This document shows positions 1 to 10,247 of a DNA stretch of 64,000 nt, piece after piece. Origin of the DNA: Rhodospirillales bacterium (GTDB lineage: Bacteria; Pseudomonadota; Alphaproteobacteria; Micavibrionales; Micavibrionaceae); assembly GCA_023898765.1 (NCBI GenBank), contig CP060238.1, positions 428,094 to 492,093 on the forward strand, in the 5' to 3' direction. Position 1 is the stretch's first letter; the number at the start of each line of letters is the position of its first letter. The notes under the pieces were generated by a model that had not been told where the DNA came from, did not search any database, and saw nothing but the letters and a program-made list of their open reading frames with translations. The translations under genes and the position numbers were made by a program.

Positions 1-19
1 CCAGGAGGATTTTTTAATC

Positions 20-445
20 TTGAAGGCAAATATTTTCGCCAGGCTCCTTCAGGAAACAGACAAAAAAAATCCCGAGAAAACGGCCCATTTTCTGGAGATG
101 AGCTTTAAGGCCGGAGAGGCAGGCTATTTCCCTTACCGCTTTCTGGATAAACGCTTTGCCGTTGTTCCCGACAACCTGCGGGATTATCTCAGGCTCGAAA
201 TTCCGGAAGGGCAATTCACCCATTTGGCGCAGCAACTTGGAAACGAAGGAGCGGCGGTTACCATGATATTGCAGCTCCGGCCCCTTAAGGCGGATATGAA
301 AGCGCCTTATCAGGTTGACGGATATGAACAATGGGCTTTTTTAACGCGGATTGCCGCCATCTCTGTCTGGGATCGCGCAGGCAGATTTCTATGGGAATAC
401 ACGGCGCCCTGGTATATGGCCCCCTTGCGCGCAAACCCCTTATAA
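20..445 (+). CDS. hypothetical protein, 141 aa
   Basis: Complete ORF. TTG start at 20 with AGGAGG at 3-8. No family motif recognised by eye. Confidence 0.4.
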   Translation: MKANIFARLLQETDKKNPEKTAHFLEMSFKAGEAGYFPYRFLDKRFAVVPDNLRDYLRLEIPEGQFTHLAQQLGNEGAAVTMILQLRPLKADMKAPYQVDGYEQWAFLTRIAAISVWDRAGRFLWEYTAPWYMAPLRANPL

Positions 446-560
446 ACCCGCTTAAACATAAACGGACCGAAAATACCGGTATTTGGCAAGAATCTTGCTC
501 TAAGGTAGAATGGAATGGGCTTTATGGCTCCAGATGTAAAAAGAGGAAACGGGATTTGCC

Positions 561-1139
561 ATGTTTTCACAACTTGGTCCTTTATTTAAAACAACGTTCC
601 GCCAGGCCGAATCGACAGATACGCGCCAGGACATCAAGCATTACGAAAAGGACGACGGGCGCAAAAAGCGTGAACAGGAAGACAGGCAAGAAACAAGCGA
701 ATTTTGGGAAGACACGACATCCGTCTCTACCGAAGCGCTGCGCACCTTCCTTGTGAATTTCCTCAAAACAATTCCGGAAGAAGCGGACGGACGGCTTTCC
801 GAAAGCGCCCCGGAGGCCCCGGAAGAAAAGATACAAGAATACAGGGCCCCAAAAACAAGCGTAACCGCCCGCGCCCTGCACGCCTATCAATCCATGAATG
901 AAAAAACACATACGGGATCCCCGCCGCCACGGCCGGAGCCTGAAAACATGCCTGACACAGCACAAAGCGCAGACGGCGTTTCCCTGCTTCCCGGCTCGGA
1001 TGTACGCATTATTCACACGCTGATTGACGATCTCAAAACCCTGTCCGAAGGAGGCCTTGAAACCCTGACCATTCAGAAGGCGGACAGTTTTCTCGACAGT
1101 CTGGTAACCGCTGTAAACCTTGAAAAATCAAGACGTTAG
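561..1139 (+). CDS. hypothetical protein, 192 aa, highly charged N-terminal half
   Basis: ATG ORF with coding-like composition, K/E/D/R-rich. No recognisable motif. Confidence 0.4.
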   Translation: MFSQLGPLFKTTFRQAESTDTRQDIKHYEKDDGRKKREQEDRQETSEFWEDTTSVSTEALRTFLVNFLKTIPEEADGRLSESAPEAPEEKIQEYRAPKTSVTARALHAYQSMNEKTHTGSPPPRPEPENMPDTAQSADGVSLLPGSDVRIIHTLIDDLKTLSEGGLETLTIQKADSFLDSLVTAVNLEKSRR

Positions 1140-1814
1140 GAGGCAGTACCCCTCCCCGTCCGTCCCCAGAATTTCAGGATTGGACGGATCTTTTTCGATT
1201 TTTTGCCGCAAGCGGTAAATATGGGTTTCAAGCGTATGGGTCTCAACCCCGTCCGCATATGCCCACACGCGCTCCAAAAGGGTTTGTCGATCCACGGCCT
1301 TTCCTTTGTTTTCAAAGAGCGTCAGAAGGATATCGCGTTCTTTTTCGGTTAAATAAAGCGGCTTGTCTTTTGCCTGTCCGTCTTCTAACAAATTTTCCTT
1401 CACTTTCAACAGATAAGGTCCAATCTGAAGGGTTTCGGGGACATGGGAAAGATGCTCTTTCCTAAGAAGCGTACGAATTCTGTCAATCAATGCGCCGGCG
1501 CGGACAGGCGTATGGAAAACCGCATCAAAGGATTCGGCCGCCCAATCCTCTTTTCCGCCGCCCGCGCCTTCCAACAAAACGCCGATAAGAGGGATTCCTT
1601 CCAAACGGGCCAAAATGGCCGGGATTTGGGGGGTTTCCAAAAAAAGCACGGCCAAATTGGCGTCGGGACAAGCCTCACCCGCCACCCCCTCAACATCCTC
1701 GTACCGCCTGACCGGCATTTGAGCCGCAGACAACGCCTCCTGCAAAAAGCCGGAAAACAGGTCATTTTTTGCATAAATAACAATCATAGAGGCAGAAAAC
1801 TCCTTATCCTGCAT
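1128..1814 (-). CDS. OmpR/PhoB-type winged-helix regulator with degenerate (pseudo-)receiver domain
   Basis: C-terminal winged-helix signature LTEKERDILL...THTLETHIYRLRQKI. Start moved to ATG 1814 (MQDKEF) because GGAGG lies 9 nt upstream. The receiver-like N-half lacks the usual acidic pair, Thr and Lys. Confidence 0.75.
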   Translation of the reverse strand: MQDKEFSASMIVIYAKNDLFSGFLQEALSAAQMPVRRYEDVEGVAGEACPDANLAVLFLETPQIPAILARLEGIPLIGVLLEGAGGGKEDWAAESFDAVFHTPVRAGALIDRIRTLLRKEHLSHVPETLQIGPYLLKVKENLLEDGQAKDKPLYLTEKERDILLTLFENKGKAVDRQTLLERVWAYADGVETHTLETHIYRLRQKIEKDPSNPEILGTDGEGYCLLTS

Positions 1815-1912
1815 AAAAACCACCCTCCTTATTCTCATCTAACCCATTGATTTAAAAGATTCAACCTTTGGCATAAAGATTGCAAATCTTCCGGAAAGGA
1901 ACAGGAGCCCTT

Positions 1913-2782
1913 ATGAGCGATCATACCACCATATCAAATATCAACAACCGGACAGCCGGAAGCGGTGGATACGCAAAATCTTCGGGCACGGTGCAAAGCT
2001 GGAAAAAAACAAAAAGCTTTGACGCCGTTCAAACGGAAGAACAGGCAAGCCGCACCGCCGCCCGCGCCATTGTCATGGACAAGGAATCTTTTTTCAAAAC
2101 GGCCTCGAAAACGTCAAACCCCGAAAAGAAAAGAGAAAGTTTTGAAACCGCCCTGACCATGGCAGAGGAAAAACCGGCCGAGGAAAATCTGTCTTCCTCC
2201 GTGTTCGGCTTTGAAGATGTCCTTGACGTTATCAACCCGCTTCAACACCTTCCTGTCGTCAATCTGGTGTATCGCGGCCTGACGGGCGATACAATCAAAC
2301 CCATGGCGCAAATCATCGGCGGCGGGCTTTACGGCGGACCGGTCGGCGCCATCAGCGGCACCGTCAACGCCGTCATCGAGCATGAAACAGGTCACGACAT
2401 TGCCGGCAATGTTCTGGCGCTGGTGCGCGGCGAAAACGGATCGGAAAATGAAAGCATTGAATTCGCACGCGCCAAAGACAACCCTGAAAAACAGCTTGAA
2501 ATCGCCGCCGGATATTTTGAAGACAGCGCCCGGGAAATCGCCGCGAAACGAGAGCTGCCGGGTACGGCCATGGCCTTTGTCAATTTAAAGAAAACAGCCA
2601 TATCCTATGATAAACGTGCCGCAGCAGGAGGCCGCACCGCCGGATACATGAATGTGCGCAGGCCGTCGAATCCTGCGCCCGTTTCCTACACACCTGCCCC
2701 CATCACGCCTGAAACCCTGCCGCATCGCGACCCCGTTACGCGGATGGAACTTTCTCCGTTGCCGCCGGAAACCGGTTTCTGA
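1913..2782 (+). CDS. hypothetical protein, 289 aa
   Basis: ATG 1913 with AGGAG 5 nt upstream (the ORF-track start at 1880 is TTG). No recognised motif. Confidence 0.45.
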   Translation: MSDHTTISNINNRTAGSGGYAKSSGTVQSWKKTKSFDAVQTEEQASRTAARAIVMDKESFFKTASKTSNPEKKRESFETALTMAEEKPAEENLSSSVFGFEDVLDVINPLQHLPVVNLVYRGLTGDTIKPMAQIIGGGLYGGPVGAISGTVNAVIEHETGHDIAGNVLALVRGENGSENESIEFARAKDNPEKQLEIAAGYFEDSAREIAAKRELPGTAMAFVNLKKTAISYDKRAAAGGRTAGYMNVRRPSNPAPVSYTPAPITPETLPHRDPVTRMELSPLPPETGF

Positions 2783-2785
2783 TTC

Positions 2786-3451
2786 TTATCCTTCCCGCGC
2801 GCCAAAAATGAACGTGCCAACCCGGACATGCGTTGCCCCGAAAGGAACGGCTTTTTCAAAATCCGCACTCATCCCCATACTCAAATCTTTTAGCCCGTTT
2901 TCCTTCGCCAGTTTTGCCAGCAGCGCAAAATGAAGCGCGGCCGGTTCGTCAAAAGGCGGAATGCACATGAGTCCCCGGATGCTTACCCCTTCATCCCGGC
3001 AAAGCGCCAAAAGCGCAGGCAGGTCATCCGGCGCGACGCCCGCCTTTTGAGGTTCTTCGCCTGTATTCACCTGAACGAAACAGGGCGGAAAACGTCCCTG
3101 TTTTTTCATTTCCCTTGCCAGCGCCATCACAAGTTTCGGACGGTCCACCGTTTCAATCGCATCGAATAACCGAAGAGCCTCTTTTACTTTGTTTGTCTGC
3201 AGCGGGCCAATCAAATGCAACTTTAAATCGGGATATTCCGGCTTCATCTGTGCCCAGTGATCTTGCGCTTCCTGCACGCGGTTTTCCCCGAAAAGACGCT
3301 GGCCCGCCTCCAGCGCCGCGCTTATTTTTTCCGGCGGCTGGCGTTTGCTGACCGCCACAAGATGGACGTCTTCCGGTTTCCGGTTTGCCGCCCGCGCGGC
3401 TTTTCCGATTTTCTCGCGAACCTGCGCGATATTTTCTGCGACCTGATTCAT
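2786..3451 (-). CDS. yggS: YggS-family pyridoxal-phosphate homeostasis protein
   Basis: MNQVAENIAQVREKI..., LVAVSKRQP (PLP lysine context), FGENRVQEA, family-typical ~221 aa length. Start set at ATG 3451. Confidence 0.9.
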   Translation of the reverse strand: MNQVAENIAQVREKIGKAARAANRKPEDVHLVAVSKRQPPEKISAALEAGQRLFGENRVQEAQDHWAQMKPEYPDLKLHLIGPLQTNKVKEALRLFDAIETVDRPKLVMALAREMKKQGRFPPCFVQVNTGEEPQKAGVAPDDLPALLALCRDEGVSIRGLMCIPPFDEPAALHFALLAKLAKENGLKDLSMGMSADFEKAVPFGATHVRVGTFIFGAREG

Positions 3452-3480
3452 AAAGCTTAAGATAAATTCTATTCCGGCAA

Positions 3481-3508
3481 AAAGAAAGGGGCGCCAGAAG
3501 CGCCCCCC
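3481..3508 (-). terminator. rho-independent terminator downstream of the porin gene
   Basis: GGGGCGC/GCGCCCC stem with 5-nt loop. On the minus strand it is followed by a TTTCTTTTT run. Confidence 0.6.
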
Positions 3509-3533
3509 TCCAAAACTTATCTTCCAACCTAAA

Positions 3534-4688
3534 TTAGAAGTTGAACTGAATACCACCCAAAACGGATGTTGCTTCAACGTCAGAGCCGATAGCAGCCGGC
3601 ACATCGTGGTCGATGAAGCTGATGGATCCGCGGAAAGACAGGCCAGGCGCAGCGGTGTAGATCACACCACCTGTGTAACGCTTGGTGTCGTACTGACCAG
3701 CGGCCAATCCGTTTTCGTCATCTTTGTTGTAGTAGGATGCACCGAGTTTGAACGGGCCGGTCGTGTAGTCGACGCCGACAACGATCGTGTCGTCTTCGTC
3801 ACCAACATCCGTACCATTGTTGTTTTCGGTGTAAACCGCACCAACGCCGAAGGCGCCGATATCAAGGTCCAGACCTACGTTCCACTCTTTCATGTCGTCC
3901 AGGGCACCGCCTGCAACTTCATTTTCGAGTTCAACGTGGGTGTAACCACCGCCAACAGCAAAGCCAACATTGTTGAATTGACCTTCGTAACGAACGGCAC
4001 CTTCATAAGCTTCGCCGTATGCGTTGTTGACGTCATCACGGTTGAAACCTTCACGTCCGCTTGCGGAAGCAGCATCACCGGCGTCAGGCGTGTAAGACAC
4101 ACCAAACTGGAAGCCGTTCCAGATAGGAGACAAGTAGGTCAGTTTTTCGTCGGCACCGCCGGCTTGACCTGTCAGGTCGTTATCGTAGTCAAAACCGTCG
4201 GGGGTGTTAACTGTCGTACCAAGGTACGTGTTAACAGCAGCTACGGTTGAAGCGATCGCGTAGTTGACAGGCTGAATGTATTGACGGATACCGTCAATGT
4301 TGGAGTCTGCGGAAGGTGCAGCAACCTGCAACAGGTAAGCAGCGCCATCTTCGGAACCAATGTTCACGCGGCCCAGATCGGATGCCAGGTAAAGGTATGA
4401 TTCTTCAGGAATGTTCGCAGCGTCACCACCGTCAACTTCCAGTTCCAGATGGAAACCGTATGTCAGGCCGTTGTCTGCTGTAGCTTCAGCATTGATGTGC
4501 AACTCGGATTCACGCAGAATGTCGAAGTTACGCTCATCTGTGTTGGCAGCTGAGGATGTATCTTGATCCAGCCAGCCAACATAGTTTTTCGTGTGACCGC
4601 CAACGGTCAGGTCAACCTGCGCCATTGCCGGAGCAGAAGCCATTGTCATACCAACGACAGCAGCGCTGCAAAGTAGAAGTTTTTTCAT
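3534..4688 (-). CDS. outer-membrane porin (Gram-negative general porin type)
   Basis: Signal peptide ending AMA-QV, alternating beta-strand pattern rich in G/Y/D/N, C-terminal ...GGIQFNF with terminal Phe. Confidence 0.8.
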   Translation of the reverse strand: MKKLLLCSAAVVGMTMASAPAMAQVDLTVGGHTKNYVGWLDQDTSSAANTDERNFDILRESELHINAEATADNGLTYGFHLELEVDGGDAANIPEESYLYLASDLGRVNIGSEDGAAYLLQVAAPSADSNIDGIRQYIQPVNYAIASTVAAVNTYLGTTVNTPDGFDYDNDLTGQAGGADEKLTYLSPIWNGFQFGVSYTPDAGDAASASGREGFNRDDVNNAYGEAYEGAVRYEGQFNNVGFAVGGGYTHVELENEVAGGALDDMKEWNVGLDLDIGAFGVGAVYTENNNGTDVGDEDDTIVVGVDYTTGPFKLGASYYNKDDENGLAAGQYDTKRYTGGVIYTAAPGLSFRGSISFIDHDVPAAIGSDVEATSVLGGIQFNF

Positions 4689-5003
4689 TGTATTCCTCCA
4701 ATTGAAGACTTCGGTTTAAATGTTTACTTGAGCGCGACTTACAAAAAAACAAAATCACATCAAGAAAACCCATCCGAGACATCGAATGTGCCCCTATATA
4801 AGCCAGCGTTTAGGCAGAGGGTCAACGCACGCGATGCAAAGATGCAACATTTTTTTGAAGGATGTTGTAATTTTGCAACATCCTGCCCTTAATCATTGCC
4901 ATATCAAGCCTCACCTCCCCCCGGCATAGCGATCAACTATATCTTGAGAGAGAGCCCGTCTCATGCTAATCAGGCAGGAATGCATAAAACCGAGAGAAAA
5001 GTT

Positions 5004-5552
5004 ATGAAAAACCTTAGCCTTTTTGCCCTTTTTCTAATGATCCCCTTTCTCATGGGAGGCTGCGGCGGCATGCCCGATATTGGCGGCGAAGCGAAATATC
5101 CCAGCGGCGCGGACCGGACCACAACAGGTGATGACATTTACGGGAAAAAAGAAAGCATTTTCGGCAAAGACGGGCTGAAACTTCTCGGCGGAAAAGATGA
5201 CAAACCCACGGACGGCTCAACCGGCATCGGCGTCAACAGCTTCCTGTGGCGCGCTTCTCTGGATACGGTTTCTTTCATGCCCCTGTCCAGCGCGGATCCT
5301 TTTGGCGGGGTCATTATTACGGACTGGTATTCCCCGGAAGAAAAACAGGGCGAGCGCTTTAAGGTCAATGTCTTCATACTCGATCGGCAGCTACGCTCCG
5401 ACGGGGTTAAGGTCAAAGTTTTCCGCCAGGTCGCCAGTAACGGGCGCTGGGTCGATTCAAGGGTCGCGGACAATACGGCCTCCCAGATGGAAGAGGCAAT
5501 CCTGACCCGTGCACGCCAGCTCCGCGTGGCCCAGCTTTCCGAAGAAGATTAA
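5004..5552 (+). CDS. lipoprotein resembling the DUF3576 family usually found upstream of leuS in alphaproteobacteria
   Basis: [20 protein letters not shown] lipobox. [19 protein letters not shown]...ITDWY core. Position directly upstream of leuS. Confidence 0.6.
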   Translation: MKNLSLFALFLMIPFLMGGCGGMPDIGGEAKYPSGADRTTTGDDIYGKKESIFGKDGLKLLGGKDDKPTDGSTGIGVNSFLWRASLDTVSFMPLSSADPFGGVIITDWYSPEEKQGERFKVNVFILDRQLRSDGVKVKVFRQVASNGRWVDSRVADNTASQMEEAILTRARQLRVAQLSEED

Positions 5553-5560
5553 GCCTGAAC

Positions 5561-8107
5561 ATGACACGCTATAACATCAAAGACTCCGAGGCCAAATGGC
5601 AGCAGGTCTGGCAAGACCGCAAAAGTTTTGAAGTCACGGAAGATCCGGCCAAAGAGAAGTGTTATGTGCTGGCCATGCTGCCTTACCCTTCCGGGCGCAT
5701 CCATGTGGGGCATGTGCGCAACTATACCCTGTCCGATGTGGTGGCCCGTTATAAAAAAGCCAAAGGCTTCAACGTCCTGAACCCTATGGGGTGGGACGCG
5801 CTGGGACTTCCGGCGGAAAACGCGGCCATGGAGCGGGGCACCCATCCGAAAGACTGGACCTACAAAAACATCGCCCAGATGAAAGAGCAGCTTTTGTCCA
5901 TGGGGCTGGCCATTGACTGGTCACGGGAAATTGCGACCTGCGATCCCGACTATTACCGCCATGAACAAAAAATGTTTCTCGACTTCTATAAGAAGGGGTT
6001 GGCCTACCGCAAGGAATCGGTTGTGAACTGGGACCCGGTGGAAAACACGGTCCTCGCCAACGAACAAGTAGTAGACGGCTGCGGATGGCGGTCCGGCGCC
6101 CCTGTCGAGCGCCGCAAGCTCTATCAATGGTTTTTCAAGATCACCGCATATGCCGATGAGCTTCTTGAAGGGATTCAAACGCTGGAGCGCTGGCCGGACA
6201 AGGTCCGCCTGATGCAGGAAAACTGGATCGGGAAATCCACCGGCGCGCAGTTCAGGTTCGACCTGACCACAGCCGATGGAACGGTGGAAGTCTACACCAC
6301 GCGCCCCGATACCCTGTATGGAGCCTCTTTCGTCGCCCTTGCCGCCGACCATCCGCTGGCCGAAAAACTGGCCGGAGAAAAAAACGGTTTTAAAGAGTTT
6401 GTGAAGGCCTGCCAGGCTGTCGGCACCTCCGAAGAAGCCATCGAAAAGGCCGAAAAAATCGGCTTCGATACAGGCCATAAAGTCGCCCATCCTTTCATTG
6501 AAAGCAAGGAACTGCCCGTTTACCTGGCCAACTTTATCCTCATGGATTACGGGACGGGCGCCATTTTCGGCTGCCCCGCCCACGACCAGCGCGACTTTGA
6601 TTTTGCGACAAAATACGGCCTCGATATTCTGCCGGTCATCTCCGCCCCCGAAGACGAAACGCTTCCCTATATCGGCGAAGGCACTTTGATGAATTCGGAT
6701 TTTATGAACGGCCTGCCTGTTGAAGACGCCAAAGCCGCTGCCATTCAAAAACTTGAAGCGCTGGGACGCGGCAGCGGCGTGACCAATTTCCGCCTGCGCG
6801 ACTGGGGAGTCAGCCGCCAGCGCTACTGGGGATGTCCCGTGCCTTTTGTGCATTGCGAAAGCTGCGGCCTTGTCCCCGTGCCGGAAGACCAGCTTCCCGT
6901 CGAACTGCCGTACGACATCAATTACGACGCGCCGGGCAATCCGCTGGACCGGCACCCGACATGGAAAAATGTGGCCTGCCCGCAATGCGGACGTGACGCC
7001 CGCCGTGAAACGGATACCTGCGATACCTTTTTTGAAAGCAGCTGGTATTTCCTGCGTTATCTCGACCCGAAAAACAAGGCGCGCGGTTTCGCGGATGAAA
7101 AATCGAATTACTGGATGCCTGTCGACCAGTATATCGGCGGCGTCGAACACGCCGTTTTGCACCTCCTTTATTCGCGCTTTTTTACCCGTGCCTTGAAAAG
7201 CTGCGGCTATGACGTGCCGGACGAGCCTTTTGCAGGACTCTTCACGCAAGGCATGGTTACGCATGCTACTTACAAGGACAAAGACGGACACTGGGTTTTT
7301 CCGGTAGAGATTGAAGAAAAAGACGGAAAGCTTGTGAAGACTACAGACGGTTCACCCGTTACCATCGGACGCATCGAAAAAATGTCCAAATCCAAGAAGA
7401 ACGTGGTTGATCCGCAGGATATTATCGATTGTTACGGCGCGGACGCCGCGCGCTTTTTTATTCTTTCGGACTCCCCGCCGGACCGGGATCTGGAATGGTC
7501 CGAAGCCGGCATTGAAGGGGCGTGGAAATATATCAACAAGCTCTACCGCGTCGTCATAGAAAGCAAGGACCGTCTTGGCGAAAAAAATCTCCCCATGCCG
7601 GCCAGCCTGAGCGAAAACGCAAAAGAATTGCGCACCGCCACCCATAAAACGATTGACGGGGTAGGCAAAGACATTGACGCCTTCCATATGAACAAGGCCG
7701 TCGCCCGCATCCGGGAATTTTCAAACGCGCTGGCCTCCTTCCAGACGAAAGAAAACGGCGACGACTGGGCGCTGCGCGAAGGATACGAAGCCCTCATCAG
7801 GCTGATGAACCCGATGATTCCGCATCTGGCCGAAGAGCTTTGGGCCGCGCTGGGCCATGAAACCCTGCTGGCCGATGAAAGCTGGCCGAAAGCCGATCCG
7901 GCCCTGTTGAAAACGGACAGCATCACCATCGCAGTGCAAATCAACGGCAAAGTGAAGTCGACCATTACCCTGCCCAGCGATGCCGGCAAAGACGAAGCCG
8001 AAAAAACCGCCCTGGCGGAAGATGCCGTACAAAAAGCGCTGGAAGGCAAAACGATCCGCAAAATCATCGTCGTGCCGGGCCGAATCGTCAACGTGGTCGC
8101 GGGATGA
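5561..8107 (+). CDS. leuS: leucine--tRNA ligase
   Basis: 848 aa. Class I motifs [11 protein letters not shown] and KMSKSKKN. Full-length LeuS-like sequence. Confidence 0.98.
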   Translation: MTRYNIKDSEAKWQQVWQDRKSFEVTEDPAKEKCYVLAMLPYPSGRIHVGHVRNYTLSDVVARYKKAKGFNVLNPMGWDALGLPAENAAMERGTHPKDWTYKNIAQMKEQLLSMGLAIDWSREIATCDPDYYRHEQKMFLDFYKKGLAYRKESVVNWDPVENTVLANEQVVDGCGWRSGAPVERRKLYQWFFKITAYADELLEGIQTLERWPDKVRLMQENWIGKSTGAQFRFDLTTADGTVEVYTTRPDTLYGASFVALAADHPLAEKLAGEKNGFKEFVKACQAVGTSEEAIEKAEKIGFDTGHKVAHPFIESKELPVYLANFILMDYGTGAIFGCPAHDQRDFDFATKYGLDILPVISAPEDETLPYIGEGTLMNSDFMNGLPVEDAKAAAIQKLEALGRGSGVTNFRLRDWGVSRQRYWGCPVPFVHCESCGLVPVPEDQLPVELPYDINYDAPGNPLDRHPTWKNVACPQCGRDARRETDTCDTFFESSWYFLRYLDPKNKARGFADEKSNYWMPVDQYIGGVEHAVLHLLYSRFFTRALKSCGYDVPDEPFAGLFTQGMVTHATYKDKDGHWVFPVEIEEKDGKLVKTTDGSPVTIGRIEKMSKSKKNVVDPQDIIDCYGADAARFFILSDSPPDRDLEWSEAGIEGAWKYINKLYRVVIESKDRLGEKNLPMPASLSENAKELRTATHKTIDGVGKDIDAFHMNKAVARIREFSNALASFQTKENGDDWALREGYEALIRLMNPMIPHLAEELWAALGHETLLADESWPKADPALLKTDSITIAVQINGKVKSTITLPSDAGKDEAEKTALAEDAVQKALEGKTIRKIIVVPGRIVNVVAG

Positions 8108-8616
8108 AAAAATTCTGCCTGATGTTCGTTTTCCTTCTTTCCGCCTGCGGGTTCCAACCGATGTACGGGACCCATTCGGGCGGCGGGTCCGTTCAAACGG
8201 ACATCGCCCGGACCTCCCAGGCGAGCCTGGACCGGATCGGCATTGATATAATTCCCGATGCCGAAGGCGTTTATTTGCGTAACGAACTTATAGACCGGTT
8301 TTACCGGAACGGCTATCCGGCAGAAAAAGCCTACCGCCTTTCGATCCAGCCCCTTCAGGAAACCAAAAAAGATTTTGACATCACGGTCGATTCGGAAGCT
8401 ACCCGCCGCCAGCTTACCCTCAAGACCGTCATGCGTTTAATTGATACGGCGTCAGGAAAAGAACTGCTGCGGCGAAACGTCAAGGCTATCAGCAGTTATG
8501 ACGTGATAGGCAGCCAGTTCACCACCCGCGTGGCCCGGCAAGACGCCCGCGAAGCCGCGTTAAACGATATCGCCCGCCAGATCGAGCTCCAGCTTACCTT
8601 GTTTTTTAACCGCTAA
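8104..8616 (+). CDS. lptE: LPS-assembly lipoprotein LptE
   Basis: ATGA overlap with leuS. Lipobox LLSAC followed by GFQPMYG. Conserved leuS-lptE-holA synteny. Confidence 0.8.
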   Translation: MKKFCLMFVFLLSACGFQPMYGTHSGGGSVQTDIARTSQASLDRIGIDIIPDAEGVYLRNELIDRFYRNGYPAEKAYRLSIQPLQETKKDFDITVDSEATRRQLTLKTVMRLIDTASGKELLRRNVKAISSYDVIGSQFTTRVARQDAREAALNDIARQIELQLTLFFNR

Positions 8617-8640
8617 TTCTTCCTGAAATCATAAAAAGCT

Positions 8641-8670
8641 TTGACAAATTCCGGCATTCCGGGCTATAAC
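8641..8670 (+). promoter_or_regulatory. sigma-70-like promoter (TTGACA, 17-18 nt spacer, TATAAC)
   Basis: TTGACA at 8641-8646 and TATAAC at 8665-8670. It would give a ~240-nt leader before the ORF at 8917. Confidence 0.4.
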
Positions 8671-8916
8671 CATAATCATTGAACGCTTTCATCCGGCGCT
8701 TCAATCGTGGCATTTGAAGGGGCAGCTTGCACCACGTTAAAAAGGCTAAAGAGCGCTACGGCGAACGAACCGCTGTGGTCCCTTAAAACAAGGAACCCTG
8801 GCGGGAAGTTGGCTTTTTTTGTGCCTTTTTTAAGGGGCGCGGCAAAACCTTTCTCCCGACAGATATTTGAAACCCGCACCTCTTGCTAAGAGGTGCCAAT
8901 ACATGGAGATACATAA

Positions 8917-9159
8917 ATGTCATTTAAACCGAACTTTTTAGAAGAAATAGGCATAAACGCAGATACAGTCCCCCAAGGTCTTGTTGTCGCTTTCACGGAC
9001 GTAAACCAAACAAATTTGCGGATACAGTCCCCTGAAGGAGAAAATAAAGTGATTGATACCCGGACGATACAAGGATACCAAACATTGGGCGATGTCAAAG
9101 AAACCATCCGAAACACGCTTATCGAATTTGGAGCCAAACCGGCAGAGCTTCGCGTTTGA
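8917..9159 (+). CDS. small hypothetical protein, 80 aa
   Basis: ATG with GGAGA 8 nt upstream and a clean terminator right after the stop. Confidence 0.55.
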   Translation: MSFKPNFLEEIGINADTVPQGLVVAFTDVNQTNLRIQSPEGENKVIDTRTIQGYQTLGDVKETIRNTLIEFGAKPAELRV

Positions 9160-9182
9160 TACCCCTTTTGTATTTTATAGAT

Positions 9183-9217
9183 AAAAAGCCGGGTTTCAAA
9201 AGCCCGGCTTTTTCTTT
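9183..9217 (+). terminator. rho-independent terminator
   Basis: AAAAAGCCGGG ... CCCGGCTTTTT hairpin followed by a T-run. Confidence 0.7.
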
Positions 9218-9230
9218 AGACTAACGACTC

Positions 9231-10247
9231 ATGAAACTTGGCTGGAAACAGATTGACCCGTTCGTAAAAAACCCCGACCCCAGGGCGCGGGCAGTTTTGG
9301 TGTACGGCCCCGATGACGGACTGATGCGCGAACGGGCCAGGCTGATCGCCGGAAGCGTTGTACCGGATCTAAACGATCCGTTCAACGTGGCCGTGATAAA
9401 CGGCGACCAGCTGGCGCAAGATCCCGCCCTCCTGCCGGATGAGGCCCACGCCATGTCCATGATGGGCGGCGCGCGGCTGATCCGCATCGAAAGCGCAGGC
9501 GATAAAATAACGCCTGTTTTAAAGGAATATCTGGCGGCGCCCAGCGATGTAAATCTGGTAGTGATCGAAGCGGGCGCGCTTGGCCCGAAATCTCCTTTGC
9601 GCAAACTTTGCGAAAGCGCAAAAAACGCCGCCGTGATTCCCTGCTATGTAGAAGATGAGCGCGGGATTTCGAATCTTGTCCGGGAAATTTTATCCGAATC
9701 CGGCTACAGCATCCAGGGAGACGCCAATAGCTGGCTATCTGCAAATATCGCGGGGGACCGGATGCGCGCCCGCGGGGAAATTGAAAAACTGGTCCTGTAT
9801 ATGGGGGGAAAAGGCGGCACCATTACCCTTGAAGATGCGCAAGCCGCCTGCGGAGAAGCGGGCACAGGCTCGCTGGACGATCTGGTTTATGCCGTCGCCG
9901 GGAACAAACCGGAAGCCGCGCTTACGTCTTTTTCCCGCCTGACACAGGAAGGCGTGCCGATTATGGTCGTCCTGCGAACCCTGCAAAATCATTTCCGGCG
10001 TTTGCATTATACCCGCAGCCTGATGCAAAGCGGCCTGACACAGGATCAGGCCATAAAGTCTCTCCAGCCGCCGATCTTTTTTAAATATGAGCCGCCCTTT
10101 AAAGCGCAGATTCAACGTTGGGACATGAAAAAACTTCAAATCGTAATGGAAAAACTGGCAACGCTCGAAGCCCAGACAAAACGCACCGGCACCCCTGTCG
10201 AAACATTATGCGCACAGGCTATTTTATCGGTAAGCTCTATTCGCTGA
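9231..10247 (+). CDS. holA: DNA polymerase III subunit delta
   Basis: 338 aa. N-terminus ...VLVYGPDDGLMRERA typical of HolA. Synteny after lptE. Confidence 0.9.
   Translation: MKLGWKQIDPFVKNPDPRARAVLVYGPDDGLMRERARLIAGSVVPDLNDPFNVAVINGDQLAQDPALLPDEAHAMSMMGGARLIRIESAGDKITPVLKEYLAAPSDVNLVVIEAGALGPKSPLRKLCESAKNAAVIPCYVEDERGISNLVREILSESGYSIQGDANSWLSANIAGDRMRARGEIEKLVLYMGGKGGTITLEDAQAACGEAGTGSLDDLVYAVAGNKPEAALTSFSRLTQEGVPIMVVLRTLQNHFRRLHYTRSLMQSGLTQDQAIKSLQPPIFFKYEPPFKAQIQRWDMKKLQIVMEKLATLEAQTKRTGTPVETLCAQAILSVSSIR

Noticed and set aside
5921-7291. 456-aa ORF antisense to leuS. Similar long antisense or alternative-frame ORFs include 13632-14237, 29975-30673, 32677-33597, 33552-34424 and 47610-48452.
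   Set aside because: Each lies entirely inside a confidently identified gene on the other strand or in another frame. Their composition is Arg/Gly/Pro/Ala-rich and low in complexity, with no motifs. This is typical of shadow ORFs in moderately GC-rich coding DNA.
8690-8830. Possible tmRNA or SRP RNA in the lptE-holA spacer (GGGGCAGC... start, GGGAAG segment, T-run).
   Set aside because: There is no alanine-ending tag reading frame, no tRNA-like acceptor/T-arm with CCA context, and no SRP domain IV motif (GGAAGGNAGCA-type). The similarity is superficial.
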